In this document: piece by piece, positions 10,872 through 20,214 of the stretch
Layout of the letters: each line of letters opens with the position of its first letter
How positions within the stretch are numbered: position 1 is the first letter of the stretch
Origin: an uncultured Verrucomicrobiae bacterium
Lineage (GTDB): Bacteria > Verrucomicrobiota > Verrucomicrobiia > Chthoniobacterales > UBA10450
Assembly (NCBI GenBank): GCA_963772365.1
Contig: CAVYXA010000001.1
Coordinates: 1,408,001 to 1,472,000, forward strand
Length of the DNA: 64,000 bases
Direction: 5' to 3'
Notes under the pieces: model-generated
Told to the model about the DNA's origin: nothing
The model's database searches: none
Seen by the model: only the letters and a program-made list of their open reading frames with translations
Translations under genes and position numbers: made by a program

Positions 10872-11538
10872 GGAAGGGCTCCGCCTCCACCCAGAAGCAG
10901 TCGAAGCAGCCGAGGAGCTGCTTCCGTGGAACGCTCCCGACCACTTTCTCTCTGCGGGTAGTTATGCCAAACGCTGGGTATGGTATTCTCAACGCGGGCA
11001 GAGCGGAAGGGGGTTATGGGAACTCTTCCAAGGCCACCTTGAGGCCAGTTCTGCCGTCGGAGGCGTGGAAATCGCGGCAGGCGTCCTAAGAAGCGGGATT
11101 GGCGCGGGCGAGCGAGGGCTGCAGACGCTTGGGCCGGAAACCGGAATTACACTCCCACCTGAAAACGCAAGTGCTGTTCCACAGGCTTCATCGGGGTCAG
11201 GAGGTTCCGGACCTTGGATTCGCTTTTCAAAAAGCGAAGAGATGGCGAATGCATTTGAGCGCACCGCGAGGCGAGCGGCAGACCCCTATCTGCCGCCCCT
11301 CGATTCGCAATGGGGATCACCATTCCGAAATACACCGCTTAAAGGAAAGTCTATCGGTGAGTTGCCGGATGCGCTTGGTCCATTCCGTGAGTACACCGTA
11401 TATCCGGACGCCACCCTCCTTCCCAAAGAGGAGCGCGGGTTATTACGACTTGTGACCGGCAACAATGGGGAGGCCTGGACGTCTTGGACCCACTATGGAA
11501 CGAAGGATCCGAGATTTCCATTTTTTCGCGCACGCTAG
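10798..11538 (+). CDS. Protein with C-terminal guanyl-specific ribonuclease (RNase Sa/barnase, N1/T1) toxin-like domain
   Basis: PFRN..ELP..FREYTV..ERG..RLVTG.NGEAW...THY..F fits the family pattern with catalytic Glu and His; preceded by a GSGGSG linker. Confidence 0.78.
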   Translation: MDSIPSKTLIEDLLIDMATYGRAVKEGLRLHPEAVEAAEELLPWNAPDHFLSAGSYAKRWVWYSQRGQSGRGLWELFQGHLEASSAVGGVEIAAGVLRSGIGAGERGLQTLGPETGITLPPENASAVPQASSGSGGSGPWIRFSKSEEMANAFERTARRAADPYLPPLDSQWGSPFRNTPLKGKSIGELPDALGPFREYTVYPDATLLPKEERGLLRLVTGNNGEAWTSWTHYGTKDPRFPFFRAR

Positions 11539-11640
11539 TGCCGGCCAGGTGCGCCGGCGGCGTTTCTATTAGCAGGTGTTTGAGCGGGCTGGCCAGCCGC
11601 GACATGGATGGGCCGGCCGCACAGGGCAGCTCGTCTGGAG

Positions 11641-11945
11641 TTACGTTAGCCCCTGGTACGCTTTTAATGACTCACCATCGCTCGCGCGAATCCGCCCCCT
11701 TAACTGCTCGGTCATCCGCTCCGGCCAATCGACTTCCAGCGCGGCAAAGGCTTTGCAAATCGTAGTCGCGCTCTTCCACCGCTGCTTCTGATTCTCGATA
11801 AAAGCCTTCCGCGTCGAAGTCGTAATCGTTATGCTCCCGAAAAATCTTTTCCATTTCCGGCCGAAGCTTCGGGGCGCTAATTCCATGATCTTGATGTAAT
11901 CCACGTCCGTGGCGAATAATCTTCTCGATTAGTTGATCGAAGCGC
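11641..11945 (-). pseudogene. Possible degraded fragment of an unidentified gene
   Basis: Two overlapping short minus-strand frames with protein-like composition; no recognisable family. Confidence 0.25.
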
Positions 11946-12326
11946 TTATCGCACTGGGACGCGGTTGACGAGCGTTCTCATTGTCCCTGCATCGACAATG
12001 AGAGTCTCGCGTCGGCGTTTTCGAAAGCTAACCGGCTTCGAATTATCTAAACCCCTGAACACGCCCGCGGCTCTCAGTTTTAACCAAAACCAGAAACGGA
12101 CGAGGACGAAGCCGGCCATTCCGTGGGGCGCCAGGTGGTGGATGAAGTGCTGCACCCAGGCGAAGTTGGCGCTGCCCCGCTGGGGAGAAGGATATTGATG
12201 AGCCTGATTGTGCTCACCCTTCGGGCTCCCGTTGGTCGTCCATGTCGCTTCTCTCCATTGCCAGCGCACGTCGTCGTCTTTGCGGAACCAGTCGGAGTCG
12301 TTGAAGGGCGGGTTGGCGAGGACGGG

Positions 12327-12406
12327 ACGAAGTCCGAACGTGGAGTTTCGAATGTCGAAGTAGTCAGTCATACAAAATCCGAGTGTCGAATTTCGAATGG
12401 CGAAGT
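12327..12406. repeat. Two 7-nt-period repeat blocks downstream of the four-helix-bundle gene
   Basis: Minus strand ACTTCGC CATTCGA AATTCGA CACTCGG and ACTTCGA CATTCGA AACTCCA CGTTCGG ACTTCG. Confidence 0.85.
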
Positions 12407-12408
12407 GA

Positions 12409-12786
12409 TTAGTCATTGTTCCCTCGGGCCGTTTTCCGCGATGCGACCGTAATTGCAACGAGTTGGTTGGCCTCATCGAGCAGGCGCATCAATTCCTCGG
12501 AAGTTCGAAGATCGATTTTCAAGTGCCGAAGTTGGGCGATATCGAGGAGCATTTCGAGCCAAAAGCCACTTTCATCGGCTTCCTCTTCGACAGTTCCAAG
12601 TTTCGAAATGAAGTCGGCCCTGGATTTTCCGCGACACGCTGAGCGATAATTGGCCGCTACCGAGCTTGATGAGCGGATGACCTGCCCAATAGCATGTCGT
12701 GTTTCGAGGATATGCGGCAACTCAGCGCAGATCACGATCACATCGAGCGCGAATTTCTTTGTGCGCATCTTCAGTGCCTCACTCAT
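12409..12786 (-). CDS. Four-helix-bundle protein (23S rRNA intervening-sequence protein family, TIGR02436-like)
   Basis: [53 protein letters not shown] signature. Confidence 0.93.
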   Translation of the reverse strand: MSEALKMRTKKFALDVIVICAELPHILETRHAIGQVIRSSSSVAANYRSACRGKSRADFISKLGTVEEEADESGFWLEMLLDIAQLRHLKIDLRTSEELMRLLDEANQLVAITVASRKTARGNND

Positions 12787-12868
12787 ACGAAGTTGGATTG
12801 TCGAATTTCAAATGTCGACGTGCTGCGCATTCGGTTCGGCATTCGCACTTCGGCATTCGACATTTCAT
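12783..12868. repeat. Two oppositely oriented 7-nt-period repeat blocks upstream of the four-helix-bundle gene
   Basis: 12783-12821 is 31/39 identical to 12368-12406; 12828-12868 has TTCG every 7 nt in the opposite orientation. Confidence 0.85.
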
Positions 12869-12972
12869 AGATGCGGCCTTTGTAGGGCGCGAGCATCTCG
12901 ACGAGAAGGCGGACGACGCTCTGCGGGGTGTAGAACTGGCCGCCTTTCTTGCCCTCCGCGCTGGCGAATTGG

Positions 12973-13044
12973 CCTCGCCCCGTGGGAGAACCTGAAGTCG
13001 GGCGAATAAAGATCAACGCAACCATTCTCTCCCACGGGGCGAGG
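12973..13044. repeat. 72-bp MITE-like hairpin with perfect 17-bp inverted ends, in frame in hsdM
   Basis: CCTCGCCCCGTGGGAGA (12973-12989) / TCTCCCACGGGGCGAGG (13028-13044). Confidence 0.85.
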
Positions 13045-13084
13045 AAGTATTCGTAGACGCGGCCAAGGATGTCTTTGGATTTAT

Positions 13085-13112
13085 GGGACGCCTGCGGAGA
13101 GGCGTCCCTACC
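13085..13112 (-). repeat. GTAG-type REP palindrome in hsdM
   Basis: Minus strand GGTAGGGACGCCT-CTCCGC-AGGCGTCCC, 9-bp stem. Confidence 0.7.
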
Positions 13113-13682
13113 TGCTAACTCGAGCGTGCCGATCAAGTCGATGAGTTCGCCGAGACGATTCTTGTCGAGTGCGGGGCGCGCGTAGTCTTTCGGCAGAATG
13201 CCTTTTAGGCGCTGATTGTCGCGCTCGATGGCGACCATCGCGTCGTCGACGATCTTGCCGATTGTCGGCTGCTTGGCGCTGTTCTGGAGATAGGACCAGC
13301 GCGCAGCGGGTGGAACCCAGAAGATATTTTCGGCGCGGTATTCGTCGGAATCTTCCGGGTCGGCGCCCTTTTCTTTCGTTAGCGCCAGCATGCTTTTCTT
13401 CGAAGGCGTCGGAGATGTATTTAAGAAAGATGAGCCCAAGGACGACATGCTTGTACTCCGCCGCGTCCATGTTGGAGCGCAGCTTGTCGGCAGCGAGCCA
13501 GAGCTTGGCTTCGAAGCCGATGTTAGCGGAGTTGTTTGACGAGGGTTTGGATTTCCCGCGAGCCATTTTTGCCAATCGAAAGCGTAACAAAAATCGATCC
13601 GGTGAGAAGAGCAAATCCTCGTGGAGAGCATGCCATCACGGCAAAACCTGCTGCGCGCAGATTGACCGGCCCGAATCATCCA

Positions 13683-14900
13683 CTACACCAGCGATTCCAG
13701 CTGCGCAGTGAACTTTTCGAGCAAATGTTTCTGCTCGAAGCGGTGAACGTACTGGCGACCGCTTTCGCCCCATTGAATCAGCCGTGGTCGATCGTGCGCG
13801 AGATTTTGTAGAACTTTCGCCAAATCCTCAGGGTTTCCCGGAAGAACATTTCTGCCAAAACCTCCTTCGTTTACGGCTTTCGCTAATGCGCTTTCTTCAT
13901 CCGCCACTGTCACGACCGGACTTGAATGCGCGAGCGTGACCAGAAGTTTGCTCGGGAAAAATGCATTTCCTGACCCGCTTTGTTGCGTGATCAGCGATAC
14001 GTCGGCATCCACGAGCAGTTCCCGATAATCTTGCCCGAAATGCAGCGGCAACATGGTCACATTCGTGAGATTTCGATCTTGCAAACTTTTTTCCAGGGAA
14101 CTCCGAGCCGCACCGTCGCCGCACAGGACAATTCGGATCCGTTGCTTATCGAGGCGTTCGGCAGCATCGAGCAAGATTTCAAGTCCTTGTTTTACTCCAA
14201 GATTACCGGCGTAGATGGCTAGGAATTCATCAGCTCCGAATCCATGTTTCTTTCGAAATTTTCCACGCACTGGGATCCGCTCTGGCGATGGAATAGCGAC
14301 GCCATTCGGGAACAGAATCAGCTTTTCTTCCGGCACGCCTTTGCGCCGGAACGCGTCGACAATTTCTTCGCTGATTCCGGAAACACGCGTCGCCTTTTTG
14401 TAAGCAAACGATTCGAGCCAGAACAAGGTGCGTGTGAACCAGCCGCTCTTGAGCATTCCCAAACCGACGGCAGCATCCGGCTGCAAATCCTGCACGTGAA
14501 ATACGAATGGAGCGCGTTTGATCCTGGTGACGAACCACGCCGCCATGCCGAGCAATAGCGGCGGTGAAACGACCACGAAAATATCGGGACGCTTGAGACC
14601 GAGTATGCGCATTGTCGATGTAACGACGAAGCTGGCTTCGTGAATGATCCGCTTCCATGGCGAAACCTGTTTCGGAACAAAATGCCAGCATCGATGAACC
14701 AGCACGCCTTTCATCACGTCAGTTCGGAACAGACGATGTCGATCTTCCGGGTGCTTTTGCCACGCAGGATAATAAGCGAACGTCGTGACCATTTCGACAT
14801 CGTCGCCTTTGCCGCGCAAAAATTCGCACAGAGCGACATTATGCGGCGCGATCCCCGTGATCTCGGGTGCGTAATTGATTCCCCAAACGATGACGCGCAT
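13683..14900 (-). CDS. WcaI-like GT4 glycosyltransferase
   Basis: GINYAPEITGIA, PAW, HVQDLQPDAA, YAGNLGVKQGL, FPSKL motifs. Confidence 0.88.
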   Translation of the reverse strand: MRVIVWGINYAPEITGIAPHNVALCEFLRGKGDDVEMVTTFAYYPAWQKHPEDRHRLFRTDVMKGVLVHRCWHFVPKQVSPWKRIIHEASFVVTSTMRILGLKRPDIFVVVSPPLLLGMAAWFVTRIKRAPFVFHVQDLQPDAAVGLGMLKSGWFTRTLFWLESFAYKKATRVSGISEEIVDAFRRKGVPEEKLILFPNGVAIPSPERIPVRGKFRKKHGFGADEFLAIYAGNLGVKQGLEILLDAAERLDKQRIRIVLCGDGAARSSLEKSLQDRNLTNVTMLPLHFGQDYRELLVDADVSLITQQSGSGNAFFPSKLLVTLAHSSPVVTVADEESALAKAVNEGGFGRNVLPGNPEDLAKVLQNLAHDRPRLIQWGESGRQYVHRFEQKHLLEKFTAQLESLV

Positions 14901-14915
14901 CAATTGCAATTACTC

Positions 14916-15006
14916 GTCATGTTGAGCGGAGCGAAACATCTCTCGCTATTGCTTTGGGCTGCTGTTGTGCAAATGATCAGAGATTCTTCGCTTCGCTCAG
15001 AATGAC
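14916..15006. repeat. Inverted-pair palindromic repeat (GTCAT..GAGCG family)
   Basis: gtcatgttgagcggagcgaaacatctc ... gagattcttcgcttcgctcagaatgac. Confidence 0.85.
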
Positions 15007-15037
15007 AACCTCCGAATCGAGTCATTGTGATTCGGCA

Positions 15038-15886
15038 TTACCTGCGCCGAAGGTTTCTGCGCAGCTCGTAAGTTTTCGCTACGGAAAGAAATTCGTAAAC
15101 CGCATGAAGTCGAGCGAAGTAATAGCCGTCGCGCCCATCGAGAAAACCTTTTTGCCAAATGTAGATGTAAAGGAAGCGCAGAAGCGGACGAAACGGCAAA
15201 CGTTGGGAAAATCGTTTCAGCCGTCGTTTAAGATCAACATGCTCATGGGCGATCGCGCTGCCTGATTCGCCCGCGATCGCCACGCGCGCTTCCCAGTTCG
15301 AGTAACGCTGATGTTTCTCAAGAAAAACGTCAATGGACGGAAACGCGTGATGTTCCATCTCGCATTTCAGCCGCGCGGTCGGACCATTCACAATCACGTG
15401 CTCGTGCACTTCGTTGTCGCCGCTATCGGTCGCCGCGTCTGTCAGTTTCTCATAGCGACCGAGCCGATGCCGAAACAAACGCAAGTTCCAGTTTGGATGA
15501 TAGGCGTGCCGCAATCTTCGGCCGAGAAAAATGAAATGGCGGTTGATCCAATAACCGGCGGTCGATCCGGCATTCGCAATTGAACTCCTAAATTCCGCCT
15601 CGGCTTCCGACGGCAAAACTTCGTCGGCATCGAGAATAAACACCCATTCATTCCGAAATGGCAGATTTTCCAAGGCCCAGTTTTTCTTTTTCGGCCATGT
15701 ACCATTGAAATCGAACTGGACGACTTTCGCGCCGTTCTTTTCCGCGATCTCGATCGAGCCATCGGTCGAGTGTGAATCGACAATGAAAATTTCGTCCGCC
15801 CATGGCACCGAGCCGAGACAACGGGGCAGATTCGCCGCTTCGTTTCTGATTGGAACGATCACCGAGACCGGAACGCGAGAAGTCAT
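15038..15886 (-). CDS. GT2 glycosyltransferase
   Basis: VSVIVPIRNEAANL, VDSHSTDGS, WVFILDADE; ATGA-coupled to upstream gene. Confidence 0.9.
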   Translation of the reverse strand: MTSRVPVSVIVPIRNEAANLPRCLGSVPWADEIFIVDSHSTDGSIEIAEKNGAKVVQFDFNGTWPKKKNWALENLPFRNEWVFILDADEVLPSEAEAEFRSSIANAGSTAGYWINRHFIFLGRRLRHAYHPNWNLRLFRHRLGRYEKLTDAATDSGDNEVHEHVIVNGPTARLKCEMEHHAFPSIDVFLEKHQRYSNWEARVAIAGESGSAIAHEHVDLKRRLKRFSQRLPFRPLLRFLYIYIWQKGFLDGRDGYYFARLHAVYEFLSVAKTYELRRNLRRR

Positions 15887-16446
15887 CGCGCGTGGAGAAC
15901 TTTGCAGGGATTGCCAGCGGCGATGACGCTCTCTGGCACGTCGTGTGTTACCACGGAGCATGCACCGACGATGCTGCGCGAACCGATTTTCACACCCGGC
16001 ATTACGAACGTTCTCGCGCCGACAAAGGCATCCTCACCGATGGTAATCTTGGCCACGACGAGGGGCATCCCGGGTTGATCGAAATCGTGACCGGCGGCAC
16101 AAAGATAGGCTTCCTGAGCGATCGTGGCACGGGCGCCGATTTCAATTTCACCCAGACTGTAGGCATTTGCCCGATCTCCCAGGCAGGCATGATCGTGCAG
16201 CGTCAGGTTCCATGGTATGGCGATGCGGGCGCGTTGATGAACAAACGGTTTGCCGTCGATTTTTGCCTCGAATACGCGCAGCCAAAACAGACGCCATTCG
16301 TTTAACGGCTTTGGCGTCCAGGCGCAAAAAATAAACCAGCAAAATTCCCAGAGCACGCGCAAAAAGCGGTTGCTGTTCGACCACGGAGATTCGTAGGCGG
16401 ACGTTTGAGCAGGCTTAACGACTTGTTCTTGCGACATCGGGATCAA
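15883..16446 (-). CDS. WcaF-like hexapeptide-repeat acetyltransferase
   Basis: IPWNLTL, YSLGEIEIG, AYLCAAGHD, GARTFVMPGVKIG, AGNPC. Confidence 0.9.
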   Translation of the reverse strand: MIPMSQEQVVKPAQTSAYESPWSNSNRFLRVLWEFCWFIFCAWTPKPLNEWRLFWLRVFEAKIDGKPFVHQRARIAIPWNLTLHDHACLGDRANAYSLGEIEIGARATIAQEAYLCAAGHDFDQPGMPLVVAKITIGEDAFVGARTFVMPGVKIGSRSIVGACSVVTHDVPESVIAAGNPCKVLHAR

Positions 16447-17557
16447 GAAGCGAATTGAAATCTTCCAAAAATTGGTCGGCGACGCGAGTAATTGAATAGT
16501 CCGTGGAGGCTTTACGATAGCCTGTTTCGGCTACACGCGCGAGCAGGGGTGGATCGACGATTGCATTCGCGATTTTCGTTCGCAGAGCTTCGACAGGATC
16601 TTCGGCGCGATGATTGAAGATGAAACCAGTCCCGCTATCACGAACAAAATCGTGAAAACAGTCGAGATCGGAAACGAACACAGCGCAACCGTGAGCCATG
16701 GCTTCCAGCGCAGCCAGCCCAAATGTTTCGCCCCGTTCCGCCAGGGACGGATACACAAAAATTCGTGCGGCTCGAAACTCTCTCTCCAGGGCTGCCGGAT
16801 CGAAAATTGGGCCGGTGAAAATTACAGCGGCATCACCGGCGCGACGTTTAAGATCGACAGCGTAGGCATCGCCGGCGCCGCCGAATTTTGTTCCTGATGG
16901 GCCGACAATCACAAGTGTCCATCCCTCGAAAGCAGCCGGCTTGCCCACGAACGCATCGACCAGAAGATGAACACCCTTTTCCGGGTGCACCCGACCGACG
17001 AAAAGAATCTTTTTCTCGCGCTGGTCGATCTTCGGAGGCGACGCGGGCGATTGTTGTTCCGGCGCCGGATTGGGAATGATGGAAATCTTTGAAGCAAGAT
17101 CGGGAATCTCACTTTCAATGGCGCGCGCCAGCGATTGAGTCATCGCTTGTAACCGGCCGACGTGCCGGTAAAGCCGCATTTGTCCTTTCGGGTGGCGACC
17201 GACATGCACATAGACTTTGCCGCGGTTTTCATTACGAAGAAGAATCGGCAACCAAAATGTATGAGTAACGATTATGTCAGCCGGCGGCAAAACACGCAGG
17301 ACTCTCAGGGAATAAATCAGATCGAGAAATTTGAGCCAGATCATAGATCGCGGCGTATCGAATCCGGGAACGCGCAAAAATCTGATGTCGTCGCGCACTT
17401 CTTCTCGCGGAAAATCAGGAACCGCCCGGGAAACGCTCGTCACCTGATGACCGCGCCTGGCAAATTCCTTGGCTAGCGCAAGGCTTACTTTTTCAATCGC
17501 GCCACCCATGATTGCTGGGACGGGCAGAAATGCGCCGTTCACAATCGTGATCTTCAT
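16415..17557 (-). CDS. GT4 glycosyltransferase
   Basis: FVGRVHPEKGVHLL and ETFGLAALEAMA. Confidence 0.9.
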   Translation of the reverse strand: MKITIVNGAFLPVPAIMGGAIEKVSLALAKEFARRGHQVTSVSRAVPDFPREEVRDDIRFLRVPGFDTPRSMIWLKFLDLIYSLRVLRVLPPADIIVTHTFWLPILLRNENRGKVYVHVGRHPKGQMRLYRHVGRLQAMTQSLARAIESEIPDLASKISIIPNPAPEQQSPASPPKIDQREKKILFVGRVHPEKGVHLLVDAFVGKPAAFEGWTLVIVGPSGTKFGGAGDAYAVDLKRRAGDAAVIFTGPIFDPAALEREFRAARIFVYPSLAERGETFGLAALEAMAHGCAVFVSDLDCFHDFVRDSGTGFIFNHRAEDPVEALRTKIANAIVDPPLLARVAETGYRKASTDYSITRVADQFLEDFNSLLDPDVARTSR

Positions 17558-18705
17558 ACTGACGCACGTATTTCATTCAAAACGCGCAAGAGTGAATCGA
17601 CCGCGCGATTGATTTCGAATCGCTGAAGAAAACATTCGCGCGCATTCTTGCGCATTATCTCGCGTTCCTCTGGCTGCGTTTGTATCCAACGCTGGAGGAG
17701 ACGCTTTACACCCTCCAAATCGTCGTTGTCGATGTAACCAGCGCGATCGTTTTCGATCTCGCGCCAAATGTTGATTTGATTCGAGATCAGCACCGGGGTT
17801 CCGCAGGCCAGCGCTTCGACGACTGCGATACCGAAATTTTCCTGATGTGATGGCAAAATGAATGCATCCGCGGCGCTCAGCGCGCCCCATTTCATGCTGC
17901 CATTTAGCATTCCGGTGAAGGTGACGGACGCTCGTCTCGCGGTAACGAGTTCCTTTAACCGGGCAAGATATGAGTCGCTGGATGCTGGGCCCGCCATAAC
18001 AAGATGCGGGAGAGGACCCTTCTCAGCAGCAAAGGCTTCAACCAAAATATCGCACCCTTTCTTTTCATGCAGCCGACCAAGAAAAACTAAGAGTTGTTTT
18101 TCACGGAGCTCGGGAAATCGATCCAGAAATTCTTCGCGTGCTTTCGGAAGATCGACATCGGGCGAGGCCGTGCCGTAATTCACCACGATTTCTTTGCAGC
18201 GATAAAATGGAAACGATTGTTGCGCGAGGCGCCGTTCTTCTTCCGAGGTGAAAAGAACAGCCGCAGCATCGCGCAAAACGCGGCGTTCCGCCGGTAGCCA
18301 GTAAAGCAATTTCTTCAAATGTTTGAGCGGATAAGCGCGTTTGAACCATGGATCCAGCATGCCGTGCGGAAACACGAAATAAGGTTTCCGGGTTTTCCGT
18401 AACGCGCGCCAGACTCCAAAGCTGCTGTATTGCCAGATGCCGTGGACGATGACGGCGTCGAAATCGCGATGTCGATCCTCCAGCCATTTGGTAAATCGCG
18501 CTGTGTAACCGTAGCCACCCCACGCTGGTCCAACGGCGTGAATTTCAAGCGGCAGATGTTTCAGCCACGGCGAATTGGGCGGATCGAGGCAAATGATTTC
18601 CACGTCCTGGCCGCGCTTGGATAACGCCAATGACGATTGAATCACCGATTCGATCGGTCCACCAATCGCCGGATTCAGAGAATGAATGGAGCGCAGGATC
18701 TTCAT
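17554..18705 (-). CDS. GT4 glycosyltransferase
   Basis: PHGMLDPW, FLGRLHEKKG, ENFGIAVVEALACG. Confidence 0.9.
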   Translation of the reverse strand: MKILRSIHSLNPAIGGPIESVIQSSLALSKRGQDVEIICLDPPNSPWLKHLPLEIHAVGPAWGGYGYTARFTKWLEDRHRDFDAVIVHGIWQYSSFGVWRALRKTRKPYFVFPHGMLDPWFKRAYPLKHLKKLLYWLPAERRVLRDAAAVLFTSEEERRLAQQSFPFYRCKEIVVNYGTASPDVDLPKAREEFLDRFPELREKQLLVFLGRLHEKKGCDILVEAFAAEKGPLPHLVMAGPASSDSYLARLKELVTARRASVTFTGMLNGSMKWGALSAADAFILPSHQENFGIAVVEALACGTPVLISNQINIWREIENDRAGYIDNDDLEGVKRLLQRWIQTQPEEREIMRKNARECFLQRFEINRAVDSLLRVLNEIRASV

Positions 18706-18738
18706 GCGCGTGGCAAGCGAGCTCGTTTACCCGACCTA

Positions 18739-20214
18739 TCACCCATCCATCGGGCCATTATTTTGGTTAACGGCTCCATCGTGGAGACGGCTGGCATGAA
18801 CAGAACGCCGCGGAAGCGGTTTTGGCGACCGCGCCTCAACATCCGTTGCGACTGCCGAAGCTTCAACGACCTGGCTCGCTCTTTGCATGGAAGCGAGGCA
18901 AAGACCAGCCAGAACAACGGCGAACCCGAGAGTAGTTGGCTGCCCGAGCTGCCCGTTTAGCAGAGCGAAGAAGCCGCTGCTAAAGAGGAAGATTGGCATT
19001 GTCACGCCGCGTCTGAGTGCGACCAGGCTGAGATAGCCGATGTGAAACGCTAGAATCGTTCGCCAGAGAATGAATGCGAGTCCCAGAAATGGCCCGCATT
19101 CATACAGGATCCGGGTCCATTCGTTTTCCGACAGAAGAAACGCAGGACCGCCGACGAGATAGTGAGCGGCGACGTTAGTGCCGACTCCCAAACCCCATCC
19201 GGCCACAGGTAACTTATGGAGATTTGTTATACCCTCGGTGAATTCTCCGGCCACTCGACCAAACAACCCAATAACGAGGCTGGTCTCCTCCTCTTCGCCG
19301 GCGCTGGTGAACCGATCGGAAAGGATCTCAATACCTTGCTTGAATACTGGCAAACGCGCGGCAACGAAGGCGGCGACGATGGCAATCAGCAGAAAGGCCC
19401 CGATCCGATTCACGGCACTGGGTCGAAACAGGAAAATGACAAGGATCGTTGAGAATACCAATGCGACCGATAATACGCAGCCGCGGCTACCGGACACTGC
19501 CACCGCAACGACCAGAGCAACTCCGGAGAGAACCAGGAGCCACGTCTTATAACTCGCACGAGACAGAATCCCGTGATTAAGAAATGCCGCAGCCATCGAG
19601 CAATAGAAGATTGGGCCGGAGATGAATGAGAACGTGCCCGGCGGGCGTATCTTGCCGCCGCCGGCTGTCAATTGCTCGCCTTCACCGAGACCTGCTGTGC
19701 GATTGATAAAGGAATCCGGCGACGCATGAAACTGCGCCACCATGAGCAACGCAAGCGGAATCATCCCAAGCAAAATCCACCATCCAATTCGCCTGACGTC
19801 CTTTTCATCAAATACTTTTGCCATGATGAAGATGAGCGGCATGTGAAGAAAATCTGTCCGGAAACCGTACAGCGTGATGATCGCCACCCAAAGCCATGGA
19901 AGATAGCTCGCCAATAGATAAACACTGAAAGCAAGGGAGAGAATGCCGATGACGAGAAGTGAATATATGTAAGCATTGCGGGGAAAAATTCGCGCCCGCC
20001 AGGCTAGAAAATAAATGCCAAGCAATACCGGATCACGGATGACCAGGATCGGATCGGAAAAGCCTGGCACAATCCATTTTCGAAGAGCGCCTTCAGTCAT
20101 CAGCAGGAAGATGTAGAGCACGATCAAGCGACCGACCCAGCGGACCGTCTTGCTGCGATCGACCATGACCGGGGCAGGCATCGATATCGGGAGTGACTTG
20201 AGCGCTGCTCTCAT
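18739..20214 (-). CDS. Polytopic membrane protein, probable Wzy-type polymerase
   Basis: About 10 TM segments, EGALRKW, RPPGTFSF, SGSR, GWGLG; located in the GT operon. Confidence 0.65.
   Translation of the reverse strand: MRAALKSLPISMPAPVMVDRSKTVRWVGRLIVLYIFLLMTEGALRKWIVPGFSDPILVIRDPVLLGIYFLAWRARIFPRNAYIYSLLVIGILSLAFSVYLLASYLPWLWVAIITLYGFRTDFLHMPLIFIMAKVFDEKDVRRIGWWILLGMIPLALLMVAQFHASPDSFINRTAGLGEGEQLTAGGGKIRPPGTFSFISGPIFYCSMAAAFLNHGILSRASYKTWLLVLSGVALVVAVAVSGSRGCVLSVALVFSTILVIFLFRPSAVNRIGAFLLIAIVAAFVAARLPVFKQGIEILSDRFTSAGEEEETSLVIGLFGRVAGEFTEGITNLHKLPVAGWGLGVGTNVAAHYLVGGPAFLLSENEWTRILYECGPFLGLAFILWRTILAFHIGYLSLVALRRGVTMPIFLFSSGFFALLNGQLGQPTTLGFAVVLAGLCLASMQRASQVVEASAVATDVEARSPKPLPRRSVHASRLHDGAVNQNNGPMDG

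Larger units (their letters stand above)
11946..13566 (-). pseudogene. hsdM: Type I restriction-modification methyltransferase relic with frameshift, internal deletions and insertions
   Basis: [72 protein letters not shown] present; SAM-binding DP.CGSGG segment and C-terminus absent. Confidence 0.92.

Noticed and set aside
11539..11655. Integron attC site after the RNase gene (ends in GTTAGCC)
   Set aside because: No matching RYYYAAC inverse core, no convincing long stem and no integrase.
12327..12868. CRISPR array or diversity-generating retroelement (Avd-like gene plus repeats)
   Set aside because: Repeats are degenerate 7-mer arrays without regular unique spacers. There is no cas gene, no reverse transcriptase and no TR/VR pair differing at adenines.
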